A stretch of 64,000 bases of DNA from an uncultured virus (IMG/VR IMGVR_UViG_2867919565_000004). Its lineage: Duplodnaviria; Heunggongvirae; Uroviricota; Caudoviricetes. The first letter of the stretch is position 1, and each line of letters starts with the position of its first letter. Made by a program: the position numbers and the translations under genes. Under the pieces are notes generated by a model that was given only the letters and a program-made list of their open reading frames with translations, made no database searches and was not told the DNA's origin. Location of the stretch: positions 62,001-126,000 of the IMG/VR virus record IMGVR_UViG_2867919565_000004; one strand, given 5' to 3'. Positions 1 through 9,146 of this stretch are shown in pieces.

Positions 1-131
1 CCTGGTGAAAATGAACCAATCAGTTCCTGCTTAAACTCTTCATCATAAACCTGATCAACAAATAAGGCCTTAAATCCCGTTAGAAAGCTAATACCAAGCC
101 AGAGTATTAAGAAATATGCTATTCCAATCAA
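1..131 (-). CDS. yopE: YopE-like small membrane protein (runs off the window start)
   Basis: TTG start after AGGAG; MIGIAYFLILWLGISFLTGFKALFVDQVYDEEFKQEL resembles SPbeta YopE as recalled. Confidence 0.6.
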   Translation of the reverse strand, partial: MIGIAYFLILWLGISFLTGFKALFVDQVYDEEFKQELIGSFSP

Positions 132-201
132 ATTAAAACCCTCCTTATATACATCGTCTGGTATTATAGTAGTGTTAAATACTTTGTGTAGGTGAAATTT
201 A

Positions 202-384
202 ATGGAAGAGAAAGATTTTGAGACTAATGGCTACGATGTAACAGTTGTATATGATTATAAGGAGTACCCCGATGTTAAATATGGACGCTGTGACAACTGT
301 GATTATGCTTTATTCAAGAGTTCAGTGAAAAGTGGTGTGTTTTTACGCGAATGTCGTAGGTGTGGTATGAAGAAGAGCATTTAA
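202..384 (+). CDS. Small zinc-ribbon protein (possibly YoyH-like)
   Basis: CDNC...CRRC motif; AGGTG RBS; divergent from yopE. Confidence 0.7.
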   Translation: MEEKDFETNGYDVTVVYDYKEYPDVKYGRCDNCDYALFKSSVKSGVFLRECRRCGMKKSI

Positions 385-451
385 TTCAATGCTCTTTTTA
401 TTTCACTGGAATCATGTAGCATTACAACACTTCATAACCAAGGAGATTCTA

Positions 452-1408
452 ATGTTTAAACCAGAAAAGATATGTAAAATCAAACAAGCTTTTAATGACC
501 TAAAAAACCCTGAAAATATCCCCTTCCCATTTTTAGATGAAGAACTAAATGAAATACGAAAAATAGATGTTAATAAATGCGAAACATTTAGCGAAGATGA
601 TGATTTCCCTTATTATTATAACGCTGTAATCGGTTGGGAAGGGCAATCGTTTGGGTACGGATATAAAGAAGGTTTCTTTAAGATCGCACATATGGCAATA
701 GTGCCTTCCGATCAACAATCTGATGTAATGGTTTATCCAATTATTTTTAATTATAGACACTATTTAGAGCTAGTACTAAAAGAGAATTTATATAGATTTC
801 AAATTTTATTCCGTCTTCCTCTATCTAATAAAGCAGACCATAATCTTGATGAACTATTGAAAGATTTTATCAAGATTCTTGAATCGCATAATCTTGGTTT
901 TTTAATAAGCCCTAAACAAAAAAAGGTTATTATGGATTTTCATAACATCGATAGTAAAAACGATGCTTTCCGTTACGTTTATGACATAAAAGGGAATTTA
1001 AATCATTCATACGATCACAAAATGTTTAATCTACTGAGATTACATTATATAATGAATGAAATATACAATGATTTTAATGCAATTGATTATCTTTTTGAAC
1101 CTGGCTCTTTCTTTTATGACAAATATTTGGCTCCAGAATATGAAGGATTAATTATGGCATTAAACTCTTTTCTTTCGGACAAAGGCAATAGAAAAGGTAT
1201 TAATTCGCCTAAGAAACTTCTCAGTGTAGTGTCACGTTTCAAACACGAATTTTGTAAAGGGAATATATTCAAGTTTGAAAAAAGCACTTTCGTAAAAGTA
1301 ACAGAAAATACATACGAAGTAGGAAACAAAAATTTTGATTTAACAATAACCATCTATGTAACAGACCAAGAAGTTATTGAAGCAATAAGCATAAATGAGC
1401 CGTCATAA
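452..1408 (+). CDS. Hypothetical protein with HEPN-like domain
   Basis: AAGGAG RBS before ATG 452; motifs YRHYLELVLKE, HNL, DAFRY. Confidence 0.6.
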   Translation: MFKPEKICKIKQAFNDLKNPENIPFPFLDEELNEIRKIDVNKCETFSEDDDFPYYYNAVIGWEGQSFGYGYKEGFFKIAHMAIVPSDQQSDVMVYPIIFNYRHYLELVLKENLYRFQILFRLPLSNKADHNLDELLKDFIKILESHNLGFLISPKQKKVIMDFHNIDSKNDAFRYVYDIKGNLNHSYDHKMFNLLRLHYIMNEIYNDFNAIDYLFEPGSFFYDKYLAPEYEGLIMALNSFLSDKGNRKGINSPKKLLSVVSRFKHEFCKGNIFKFEKSTFVKVTENTYEVGNKNFDLTITIYVTDQEVIEAISINEPS

Positions 1409-1420
1409 TCGGTTCATTTT
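1393..1420. terminator. Hairpin between convergent genes
   Basis: AAATGAGCCG-TCATAAT-CGGTTCATTTT. Confidence 0.55.
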
Positions 1421-1510
1421 GTTGAATAAACAGCAAAAATCATATGCTCATTCAACAATTTAAATTCGTGGTTTTATTTAGTTTTATAATTTTTCACGTG
1501 CTGTTTTACA

Positions 1511-2146
1511 TTAATGATGGTATTCTTCAGCACCTGTAGAAGTTAAGACAACAGAGTAAGTTGTTTTTCCGATCATTGGATCATTAGTTCTTTTTATTGC
1601 CTGCGCATAAATCTCTAAAAGTTTTTCGTTTGAATGATAATAGGCATGTCGGTTTGACATTTCTTTTGTAATAAAATTAACAGTTTCACTTATAAGCATG
1701 TCTTCGTGATCAGGGGAGTTGGAATTAATTTTAATACTTGAATCGATTTCTAATCCAGTGTAATTATCATCTGATGAAAACCCCAACAATTGTGGCCCTT
1801 CGTCTGGTTTAATATATCCAACAAAGAATACAGAAAGTGGGGTAATACCAGAATGATATGCTTCAAAACATGATTTTCCGTAATTAAAAGCTTCTCTAAA
1901 AAATAAGAGTGGATCAATATTACTGTTCAAAATATCGCTTTTTTGATCAATAAAGTCAAAAGCTTTTTCTGCAATGAAAATTCTACCTGCAAAAGAAATT
2001 ACATACTTCTTATTAATAATTTTTATTTTCTTATATTCATCTGATTCCACTTTTAAAATTCGGTCAAAACCATTTGTAGTAGTCACTCTTTTGTCAGCAG
2101 TCATAATTATGCTATTGTCGAATTTTACTGCTATCAGCATCGTCAT
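1511..2146 (-). CDS. Proteasome beta/HslV-like Ntn-hydrolase fold protein
   Basis: Thr directly after Met; T1...A16-D17-K18-R19; later KI and FAG motifs. Confidence 0.65.
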   Translation of the reverse strand: MTMLIAVKFDNSIIMTADKRVTTTNGFDRILKVESDEYKKIKIINKKYVISFAGRIFIAEKAFDFIDQKSDILNSNIDPLLFFREAFNYGKSCFEAYHSGITPLSVFFVGYIKPDEGPQLLGFSSDDNYTGLEIDSSIKINSNSPDHEDMLISETVNFITKEMSNRHAYYHSNEKLLEIYAQAIKRTNDPMIGKTTYSVVLTSTGAEEYHH

Positions 2147-2225
2147 TTGATATCTAACCTTTCCAAAAGTATTCCTGCCACAACCTGACTTGCATAACTG
2201 GTTAAAAGACTGGTTTCATTTCAAC

Positions 2226-2699
2226 TTAATCAATCCTTGAGAACAGCTCGTTCATTACTCTGTCAGGATCAGTACCATTACTATCTAGATTCTTACTTAG
2301 CTGCTCCAATAATAGGGCAATCTCTTCTCGATTAAATTTAATTTCTTCCTTGTCTAAGTCTAATAACATTTCTAATGACTTCATAACTTTAACAATTTGG
2401 ACTGGTGAAAGATTTAGTACGACTTCCTGTTCCCTGTCGGTTGCAACAGGAACAGATAATAAAGAAGAAGGGACTTTTAAGCTTCTGCTTCCGAAAAGAA
2501 TTCTTACCATTTGGCCGTTCAATTCGTAATACTTGCCTTCTAGTTTTCCTTGAGAACCTTTTTTTCTTATCAAGGCAGCTTTATCTGATGGCCCATTATA
2601 ATAATTATCATGCAGCATAACTACAGTACCAGCAGACAAATTTTGTTTTTCTTCATCAGAAAGCTCGCTTATTTTAACCCATTCTTTATCACTAGCCAA
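2226..2699 (-). CDS. Hypothetical protein (KKGSQG domain)
   Basis: 157-aa ORF with GGTGG RBS; N-terminal part resembles ORF 8555-9022. Confidence 0.7.
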   Translation of the reverse strand: MASDKEWVKISELSDEEKQNLSAGTVVMLHDNYYNGPSDKAALIRKKGSQGKLEGKYYELNGQMVRILFGSRSLKVPSSLLSVPVATDREQEVVLNLSPVQIVKVMKSLEMLLDLDKEEIKFNREEIALLLEQLSKNLDSNGTDPDRVMNELFSRID

Positions 2700-2711
2700 T
2701 TAAAACCCACC

Positions 2712-3029
2712 TTAATTGTATTTTTCAATGATTCTTGAAGCAGCGTCATTAAAAGCTGTTTCTGGACACTCAGAATTAAAAATATTTAACAACTTTTCTT
2801 CAGTGAATTCCCTTTTCATATCCGCAATCATTTGGTTTTCACAGTCATAAGAATTAAAACTTAAATGAGCTAAATCACTGAGCGAAGATGATTCTCCTTC
2901 TGGGATTTGTAATTCGATTTGCTGGGGATCATACATATAAAAACCTCCGATGTATTTAAAGCTTTGGGATTCATCCATCCTTTTAATTGTCGAGTCGTCT
3001 AAATTCAACTCTGATATGAATCTATACAT
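2712..3029 (-). CDS. Hypothetical protein
   Basis: AAGGAGAG RBS before MYRFISEL. Confidence 0.7.
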   Translation of the reverse strand: MYRFISELNLDDSTIKRMDESQSFKYIGGFYMYDPQQIELQIPEGESSSLSDLAHLSFNSYDCENQMIADMKREFTEEKLLNIFNSECPETAFNDAASRIIEKYN

Positions 3030-3179
3030 TATGCACTCTCCTTTTTTAATCAAGATGAAAGAATGATTTTATAGTGATTTAATTTTTGTACTCTAATTGC
3101 TTTATTCACATAATTGTTTTTAAAATGATACGTCTCTGCTCTCCATCTTCCTGTTTTCATTGGTTTGCTTTGATCAGTT

Positions 3180-3404
3180 TTAACCGCCTTTATTTAGATT
3201 GGAAAACACTTCTGTAGAAGTCATTTTAATTTCATCAGCAAATGTAATCAACTTCTCTAAATCGTCTTTATCAAAGAACTCGGGGTCAGTATTCTTAAGA
3301 GTTTCATTTGCATTGTTTAGCATTAAAAGTAATTGTTCAATTTCTTCAAATGGATTCAATTTATTTGGTTCAACTGGTGAAAAATCAGAGTTTGTTGGTT
3401 CCAT
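3180..3404 (-). CDS. Hypothetical acidic protein
   Basis: AAGGAGA RBS, 74 aa. Confidence 0.65.
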   Translation of the reverse strand: MEPTNSDFSPVEPNKLNPFEEIEQLLLMLNNANETLKNTDPEFFDKDDLEKLITFADEIKMTSTEVFSNLNKGG

Positions 3405-3490
3405 ATTTATCTCCTTATCAAGTTAAAAGTACGATTTTATGTAGACCCAGAAAATTTGTAATTATTTACTGTTGTTGTAACTTTAGTATA

Positions 3491-3724
3491 TCATGACCAC
3501 TTTAAGTGATCAATATCTTTTTCATCTTTTTTATAAATCAACAGCTCATGTAGCTCAATATCTAAATAGGAACAGACTTTATCTAAGAGGTCTCTTGGAT
3601 ACCGCTCCATTTCATCATGATAAAGCTTTCTAACTGTGTTAAAACCATGGTCAATATCATTGGACAGCTTTCGAATACTGATATTCCTTTCGTCTAATAT
3701 CGGCTTTAAATTTGATTTAATCAA
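3491..3724 (-). CDS. yopB: XRE/Cro-family HTH regulator, YopB-like
   Basis: [20 protein letters not shown]...[17 protein letters not shown]. Confidence 0.75.
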   Translation of the reverse strand: MIKSNLKPILDERNISIRKLSNDIDHGFNTVRKLYHDEMERYPRDLLDKVCSYLDIELHELLIYKKDEKDIDHLKWS

Positions 3725-3817
3725 TTTAACTACCCCACATTCATTATGTATGATCACTTTAAATTATCATTATATCCATAAAAAAGGTCAAGGATATACC
3801 TTGACTATGTATTAAAC

Positions 3818-4255
3818 TTACCAATCATCATCCGGTTCATCATGTTCGAATCCATAAAAGCCTTTAATCCAGACGTCACCGCAGCCGGTTCCTTTTGTGA
3901 TACTTAAGTAATGATTCCTGTTTGCATCACCATTCACCTTATCCTCTGCGCTCAAGTTCAAATGATTTCCCGTGAAATTCTTTTCACTTAGAGTAAAATC
4001 ATAACCTGCCAGTGTAATTCTTTGGAGTTTAAAATTTAATGTACAACCTTCAGCATTGTAAATGGTGAACCTGTATCCCAACTTAGTTGGCCAATACTCG
4101 AGATTGGTGTCATCAGCCATAAAAAAGCCCGTTTCATTCTCAGTCATTTTAAAGCTGACCTTATGTTCATCTTTTGTAATCTTGGCCAAAGTACTTCCGC
4201 TACTCAAACACCAAGTTAAAGACACAGCAGCAATGCTCAAACCTAACTTTTTCAT
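3818..4255 (-). CDS. Secreted hypothetical protein
   Basis: Sec-type signal MKKLGLSIAAVSLTWCLSSGSTLA; GGGGGTG RBS. Confidence 0.7.
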   Translation of the reverse strand: MKKLGLSIAAVSLTWCLSSGSTLAKITKDEHKVSFKMTENETGFFMADDTNLEYWPTKLGYRFTIYNAEGCTLNFKLQRITLAGYDFTLSEKNFTGNHLNLSAEDKVNGDANRNHYLSITKGTGCGDVWIKGFYGFEHDEPDDDW

Positions 4256-4334
4256 TTCCCCACCCCCTTCTTCCAAATTATACTACATTTAAAAAAGGGG
4301 GTGGTCTATAATAGGATGTCATCACAGAGACTTT

Positions 4335-4607
4335 TTATTTTACTTCTTCTGCGCCATATTCAATAAAAGATTCGACATCTTCTTCGTACTCAGCAATGGC
4401 CTCTTCTTCTGTTAAACCTTCTTGTTGCATTCTTTCTTCAACACTTAATACTCTACAAATCACTTCGTAATCTTCAAACGCTTCAAAGGCTTGCTGCCTA
4501 GCAATATTAATAGCCTCGTCATAACTATCAAAATCAAAAGCTTCTTCATCTCTTGTGATATCGTTTATTGAACCGCCCACGCCATAGAAAAGTTTATATT
4601 TTGTCAT
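4335..4607 (-). CDS. Hypothetical acidic protein
   Basis: GGAGAGG RBS, directly downstream of a sigmaA-type promoter. Confidence 0.7.
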   Translation of the reverse strand: MTKYKLFYGVGGSINDITRDEEAFDFDSYDEAINIARQQAFEAFEDYEVICRVLSVEERMQQEGLTEEEAIAEYEEDVESFIEYGAEEVK

Positions 4608-4652
4608 GTTGACCTCTCCCATTCGATAATTTTATTTTCATCTTGTAAATTA

Positions 4653-4703
4653 AGTATACAACGACTACTTAAAATAGTCAATAATTTATTTTATATTTAT
4701 TCT
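4653..4703 (-). promoter_or_regulatory. SPBRE-like sigmaA promoter
   Basis: TTGACT-17-TATACT with upstream A-rich box; resembles copies at 9081 and 12745. Confidence 0.7.
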
Positions 4704-5077
4704 TATTTTTCAGCCATAAATTTAATAAGATCTCCTCCTGGGTAAAATTAAAATATTCACATCTCCAAACCTACCTCATAATTTTCTGTATTTTCCTTCC
4801 TGCTTCTTTTCCATGATTTATATCGGTACTTAGCCTAGGAAATGAAACTCCTTCTTTATCTGTGTTCACCGTGATACAGCAAGATATACATGTATCTATG
4901 AGTATCTATGTGTGTCTATATATATCAATATCATCATAAACCACACAAAAAATTATATAAAGAACAAAAATATTCATTTTAAAGAACATTTCTTCCATTT
5001 TTATGATATAATCATCACTGCTTATAGGCAGCCTTACTGCTTATTCGCCATACGGTATAGGAAAGAGGTTCTTTAAA

Positions 5078-6169
5078 ATGAACGTAAAGCATTCTAACTG
5101 TTTCTTTGTTATCAGGCTGTTTGCTGCTCTATGTGTGTTAGTTGGTCATGCTACAAGAGATCTAAACATTTCTGTCTTTGGTTATACTCCAGAGAGTAAA
5201 GCAATGTTTCACACCGGTATATCAATCTTCTTTTTTCTAAGCGCATTTTTCCTTTTCACTTCTTATGAGAGATCCAAGCTTAAAGGAAACAATATAACCG
5301 ATTTTTATTGGAGCCGAATTATCAGGATCGCACCCGCAATATACACCTATGCTATTACCTCCACGGTACTGTTAATTGTTCTAGGAGCTCTTTCATTAAC
5401 AGTATTCACTACAAAAGATTACTGGATATGGCTTCTGAGCAATCTTGTGCTATACCCTCAATACTTCCCTGACATATTCCATCATATTGGCACAGGTCGC
5501 CTTAACGATTCACTTTGGACAATTCCTGTTCAAATTAGCTTTTACTTAGTGTTACCAGCTATTTATTGGTTATTTAAACGTTTCGGATTTAAGAAAATGA
5601 TTCTTTGTTCTTTTGCTGTTTCCGCTTTAAGTGTTTTGGTTTCTTTCGTAACTTTAAAGTTCTTGCCTGGGAATCTTATCGGTAACCTATACTTACATTC
5701 TTTCCTGCCGCAAATGTTTTATTTCACGTTGGGAATCTTCTGGGCAAAGGCATGGAATAAGTCGCCGCAGCATATCGTTTTATTTTTTTCTTCTGTTACT
5801 TTATTTTTATTCTTTAAAATTGACCTTTTACATCTCAGTTCAATAAACAGTACACTATGGAGTTTTTTATGGTTTATCCCTTTGAGCTATGCGATCGTCT
5901 GGTTCGGATACAATGGGCCGAAGATATTGTGGCAGCTAAACAGGTTAGACGATATCAGCATGGGAATTTTCATATGGCATATGGTGATTATCAACATCTT
6001 CTTGTACACCGGAATTTATAAGTCACTATCAGATTACCCGCTGATTATAGTTCTAATTGTTGTCACTGCTGCAATCGCATTTCTTTCGTACAGAATAGTG
6101 GAAAAACCCGCTCTTAAATTACGTAATATCAAGAAAAACAAACCAGTCAAAACAAGGATTGCGAGCTAA
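5078..6169 (+). CDS. Acyltransferase-3 family (OafA/OatA-like) membrane O-acyltransferase, moron
   Basis: Polytopic; R..AAL.V..GH, FF.LS.F, F..SRIIRI.P, LWTIPV, SY..VEKP; own TGnTATAAT near 5004-5012. Confidence 0.88.
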   Translation: MNVKHSNCFFVIRLFAALCVLVGHATRDLNISVFGYTPESKAMFHTGISIFFFLSAFFLFTSYERSKLKGNNITDFYWSRIIRIAPAIYTYAITSTVLLIVLGALSLTVFTTKDYWIWLLSNLVLYPQYFPDIFHHIGTGRLNDSLWTIPVQISFYLVLPAIYWLFKRFGFKKMILCSFAVSALSVLVSFVTLKFLPGNLIGNLYLHSFLPQMFYFTLGIFWAKAWNKSPQHIVLFFSSVTLFLFFKIDLLHLSSINSTLWSFLWFIPLSYAIVWFGYNGPKILWQLNRLDDISMGIFIWHMVIINIFLYTGIYKSLSDYPLIIVLIVVTAAIAFLSYRIVEKPALKLRNIKKNKPVKTRIAS

Positions 6170-6176
6170 CTGCAAG

Positions 6177-6199
6177 GGCTGTTCTTATGTAGGCAGCCC
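6177..6199. terminator. Terminator-like hairpin after acyltransferase
   Basis: GGGCTGTT...GGCAGCCC inverted repeat between convergent genes. Confidence 0.5.
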
Positions 6200-6244
6200 G
6201 AATCCTGTTTAGCATGAAATGGTGTTTTTATTGTAAAGCTCGTC

Positions 6245-6454
6245 TTATTTGTTGTCTGCATCAGTCATTATAAAGAGTCTTTCATACTCAATATCAAAAG
6301 CATCAACAAACGCTTTCTTAGCTATTGCACTTGTGATAACTAAATTGTCTTCACTCGTTTTGTCCACTCTTCCAAAGACATCTACCGCAGCACTTTTGGC
6401 CAATTCCCATACTCCATTTTCACTAACAGCAATCATAAAATCCCTAAGTTCTTT
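6245..6454 (-). CDS. Hypothetical protein
   Basis: Small ORF in co-oriented minus-strand array; start uncertain. Confidence 0.55.
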   Translation of the reverse strand, partial: KELRDFMIAVSENGVWELAKSAAVDVFGRVDKTSEDNLVITSAIAKKAFVDAFDIEYERLFIMTDADNK

Positions 6455-6459
6455 TGTGT

Positions 6460-6705
6460 TCACTTTATAATCCCCTCAGCTTTCATTTTCTTTATGTAAC
6501 CAAACAAAGCATCTCTCACCTCTGTATCATCCCAACCCCACTCATTAGCAAGAGATATAATTTCTACAGGCAAAGTCTTAGCAATAGTTTGTATTTCAGA
6601 ATTATTTGGCACTCTTCTATAGATATCTACAAAACAGTCATTTATTTGATCATTCATGCTATTCATTTGGTTAAGCACTCCTATGCATGTTTTATTCAAT
6701 ATCAT
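6460..6705 (-). CDS. Hypothetical protein
   Basis: Small ORF in array; true start may be downstream of GGAG RBS. Confidence 0.6.
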   Translation of the reverse strand: MILNKTCIGVLNQMNSMNDQINDCFVDIYRRVPNNSEIQTIAKTLPVEIISLANEWGWDDTEVRDALFGYIKKMKAEGIIK

Positions 6706-6709
6706 CTAC

Positions 6710-6820
6710 TTAGCCAATAACTTTAATATTTTCGCTTTCACATGATGGACAGTCTTCATCAAAGTCATCGCCAATCCATCTATACCCGCACTCTTCACAC
6801 TTGATTAGTAGCTCATCCAT
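6710..6820 (-). CDS. 36-aa zinc-ribbon peptide (not in ORF track)
   Basis: AAGGAGAG RBS; MDELLIKCEECGYRWIGDDFDEDCPSCESENIKVIG. Confidence 0.65.
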   Translation of the reverse strand: MDELLIKCEECGYRWIGDDFDEDCPSCESENIKVIG

Positions 6821-6859
6821 TGTTCATCTCTCCTTTTTAAAGGGTTATTGCATGCAGTT

Positions 6860-7060
6860 CTATTTCAACTCCTTTTTCATTTCTTGTAATTGATTGTACA
6901 CTTGCTCTAATTCATCATCGTATAATTGAAACTCTTTTACATCTTCTTCTGAGTGTTTCACTTTAAAATCAACAGTAATCTCTCCGTTGGCGTCAGGGGT
7001 ATTTATCTTATAAAAAACTTCCGCTCCATCATCGTAGTCAAATTTAATCCATTTCTTCAT
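6860..7060 (-). CDS. Hypothetical protein
   Basis: AAGGTGA RBS before MKKWIKF. Confidence 0.65.
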   Translation of the reverse strand: MKKWIKFDYDDGAEVFYKINTPDANGEITVDFKVKHSEEDVKEFQLYDDELEQVYNQLQEMKKELK

Positions 7061-7065
7061 GTTAA

Positions 7066-7254
7066 TCACCTTTCTTTAATATAAATTACATGTTTAGTTT
7101 CAGCTGCAATTTGCACATGTTCGCCGAATCGTTCAGCGTTCCGCACTTGATACATACGGTCGTCATGGGTATTGAGTAGAACCTGTGTTTCCTCTGTTAT
7201 TTCCCCTTTGTTTATCATCTCTTGCAATGAATCAATCAATTGTTTTACCTTCAT
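7066..7254 (-). CDS. Hypothetical protein
   Basis: GAGGGG RBS; MKVKQLIDSLQEM start typical of small phage proteins. Confidence 0.65.
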   Translation of the reverse strand: MKVKQLIDSLQEMINKGEITEETQVLLNTHDDRMYQVRNAERFGEHVQIAAETKHVIYIKER

Positions 7255-7393
7255 GGCTATTATATTTCCCCTCTCTTTAGCTACTCAGTTGCCTAACTAA
7301 TTAATGGCTTAATTTCTTTTACATATTCAAAAACTGCTGTTGACCTTCCAGAATGCCAAACATTTCATGCCTACCAGTAAAGACCCAATCTTA

Positions 7394-7630
7394 TTATCTC
7401 CTATTTTCAACTAAGGTTGCGATACTTACTTTATAATCTACTGACGAAGCGTTCTTGTGGTTTGCAACGTCGTCAATGTCCGCAAACATACCTCCGCAAC
7501 TCAAGTCATTAATCAACTCGATATTAACCAACGGTTCACGGAATGCCTTGATTCTATTTTTATACTTATAAACTTCGTTAACACCATTTTCTGCCCACAT
7601 CACTAAGAGCAATAACTCTAATTCACGCAT
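7394..7630 (-). CDS. Hypothetical protein
   Basis: GAAGGGG RBS. Confidence 0.6.
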   Translation of the reverse strand: MRELELLLLVMWAENGVNEVYKYKNRIKAFREPLVNIELINDLSCGGMFADIDDVANHKNASSVDYKVSIATLVENRR

Positions 7631-7660
7631 ATAATTCCCCTTCCCTATTAAACTGCTGTT

Positions 7661-7834
7661 TTATTCCGATTTCAAGGCATTCACAAGCTTTTCTTTACAA
7701 TCATCACATACATTTACAATACTTCTTGCATACGGCACGTATACGCTATATACGCCCTTTATTCTTCTGTGTCCACATCCATCGCAATAATCGGTTTCTT
7801 CTGATTTATAGACATTGATTTTCTCTCTATCCAA
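7661..7834 (-). CDS. 57-aa zinc-finger protein (not in ORF track)
   Basis: TTG start; CDGC...CDDC. Confidence 0.6.
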   Translation of the reverse strand: MDREKINVYKSEETDYCDGCGHRRIKGVYSVYVPYARSIVNVCDDCKEKLVNALKSE

Positions 7835-7848
7835 ACTACACCCATTCC

Positions 7849-8010
7849 TTAATCATTTGTATCCTGTTTAAGCTTCCGAATAGTCTCATTCTGTCTTTCT
7901 ATAACATTTTCGTAATAGCAGAGCCTTTCTAAAGCGTGCGTAGGATTTTTCTTAATCCATCTTAATCTTTCAACGAGCAGTCTCAGACTTAATTTATTCA
8001 TTGAAAGCAT
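7849..8010 (-). CDS. 53-aa hypothetical protein (not in ORF track)
   Basis: GAGGTG RBS; MLSMNKLSLRLLVERLRW... Confidence 0.55.
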   Translation of the reverse strand: MLSMNKLSLRLLVERLRWIKKNPTHALERLCYYENVIERQNETIRKLKQDTND

Positions 8011-8048
8011 TTGATCACCTCTGTATGTGTAAAATTATTGTTCTATTC

Positions 8049-8198
8049 TTACTTGCTAATCTGAATGACATCGCCGTCAAAAAAGATTAATAACTCTACA
8101 TGATTCCCTCTGAGGTATGTATCAAATTCAATAGTCCCATCTTCAATCATTTCTCGGATACTCTCTTTGACAACCTGTTTTACTTGTTCTTCAGTCAA
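8049..8198 (-). CDS. 49-aa hypothetical protein (not in ORF track)
   Basis: AAGGAG/GGAG RBS; TTG start, TEEQVKQVVKESIREMIEDG... Confidence 0.5.
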   Translation of the reverse strand: MTEEQVKQVVKESIREMIEDGTIEFDTYLRGNHVELLIFFDGDVIQISK

Positions 8199-8262
8199 TT
8201 TCTCCACTCTCCTTAAAAGTCCACTCAGGCAGCACTTGTATCATATCTGTGTTTCACGTTTT

Positions 8263-8526
8263 TTATTCGGAGTCTTTCATTGCAATGCTCATCTGTTCAA
8301 TTGCTCTTTGATAGGTTGTTAGCTTGCTTAAGTATGCATCTATATATACTCCACTTGACTGCAATCCATCTTCATCATAAAGCGTTTCATTATTCTCTAT
8401 TTTTCTTTCAAGATTCGAAATTATATTTTTTACTGTTTTAATTTGGCTTACTAATCGTGATTTCGCTTGATCTCTTTCAGCTTCTAGGATCATCAAATTT
8501 GTATTTTTCAATTTCAATCTCTCCAT
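8263..8526 (-). CDS. Hypothetical coiled-coil protein
   Basis: 87-aa ORF in array. Confidence 0.6.
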   Translation of the reverse strand: MERLKLKNTNLMILEAERDQAKSRLVSQIKTVKNIISNLERKIENNETLYDEDGLQSSGVYIDAYLSKLTTYQRAIEQMSIAMKDSE

Positions 8527-8554
8527 TCTGTTTTAATTACTGTTTTATTTTGAT

Positions 8555-8988
8555 TCACTTATTCAGTTGCTGTAATGTTTGTCTTGCTTTTTCTAAATAA
8601 GCATCATCATTGAAGACTCTATACAAAGTCATATAATCATTATGTTCATCAAGAATTTGGTCTACCGTTCTTGTCTCTTTGAAAACGCACTCTTTTTCAG
8701 TAGCTTTTTCTGCTTCTGTTTTTTTGGATACATCGCTGCTCTTTTGTTCGATTTCCCCTGATTGCTCTAAAAGCTGAACAATGTCCATGCTAACTTTGTA
8801 ATTTCTTTTGCCAAATTGGATGGTGGCCTCGCCCCAAAACATTTGATAATCAACCAGTACCCCTTGAGATCCTTTTTTCTTTAAAACTCTGTCTCCAGAA
8901 ATCGTTGTGTGATTTTCTGTTAATATAACAGTACTTCCAATTAGATTATGAAGTTCTTTTTGAGACAATTTTTTAAGTGTTGTTTTCA
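8555..8988 (-). CDS. Hypothetical protein (KKGSQG domain)
   Basis: Start probably MKTTLKK; similar to ORF 2226-2699. Confidence 0.7.
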
Positions 8989-9080
8989 TTTTAAATATCC
9001 CCATTCTGTTTAAAATATGCATTTTATTTTATTTTTATCCTTGAAATATGTATGCTCCGCTGTTGTTTTAACTTGATTTA

Positions 9081-9130
9081 AGTATAGCATGACCATTTTA
9101 AATAATCAATAATAATTTTATTTTTATTCT
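9081..9130 (-). promoter_or_regulatory. SPBRE-like sigmaA promoter with AGAATAAAAATAAAA box
   Basis: TTGATT-17-TATACT; box at 9116-9130. Confidence 0.7.
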
Positions 9131-9146
9131 AAAAGTGCGTATTTTA

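Noticed and set aside
4885..4925. Short TATCTATG-like tandem repeats upstream of the acyltransferase
   Set aside because: Three degenerate 10-bp units; could be an operator but indistinguishable from low-complexity sequence
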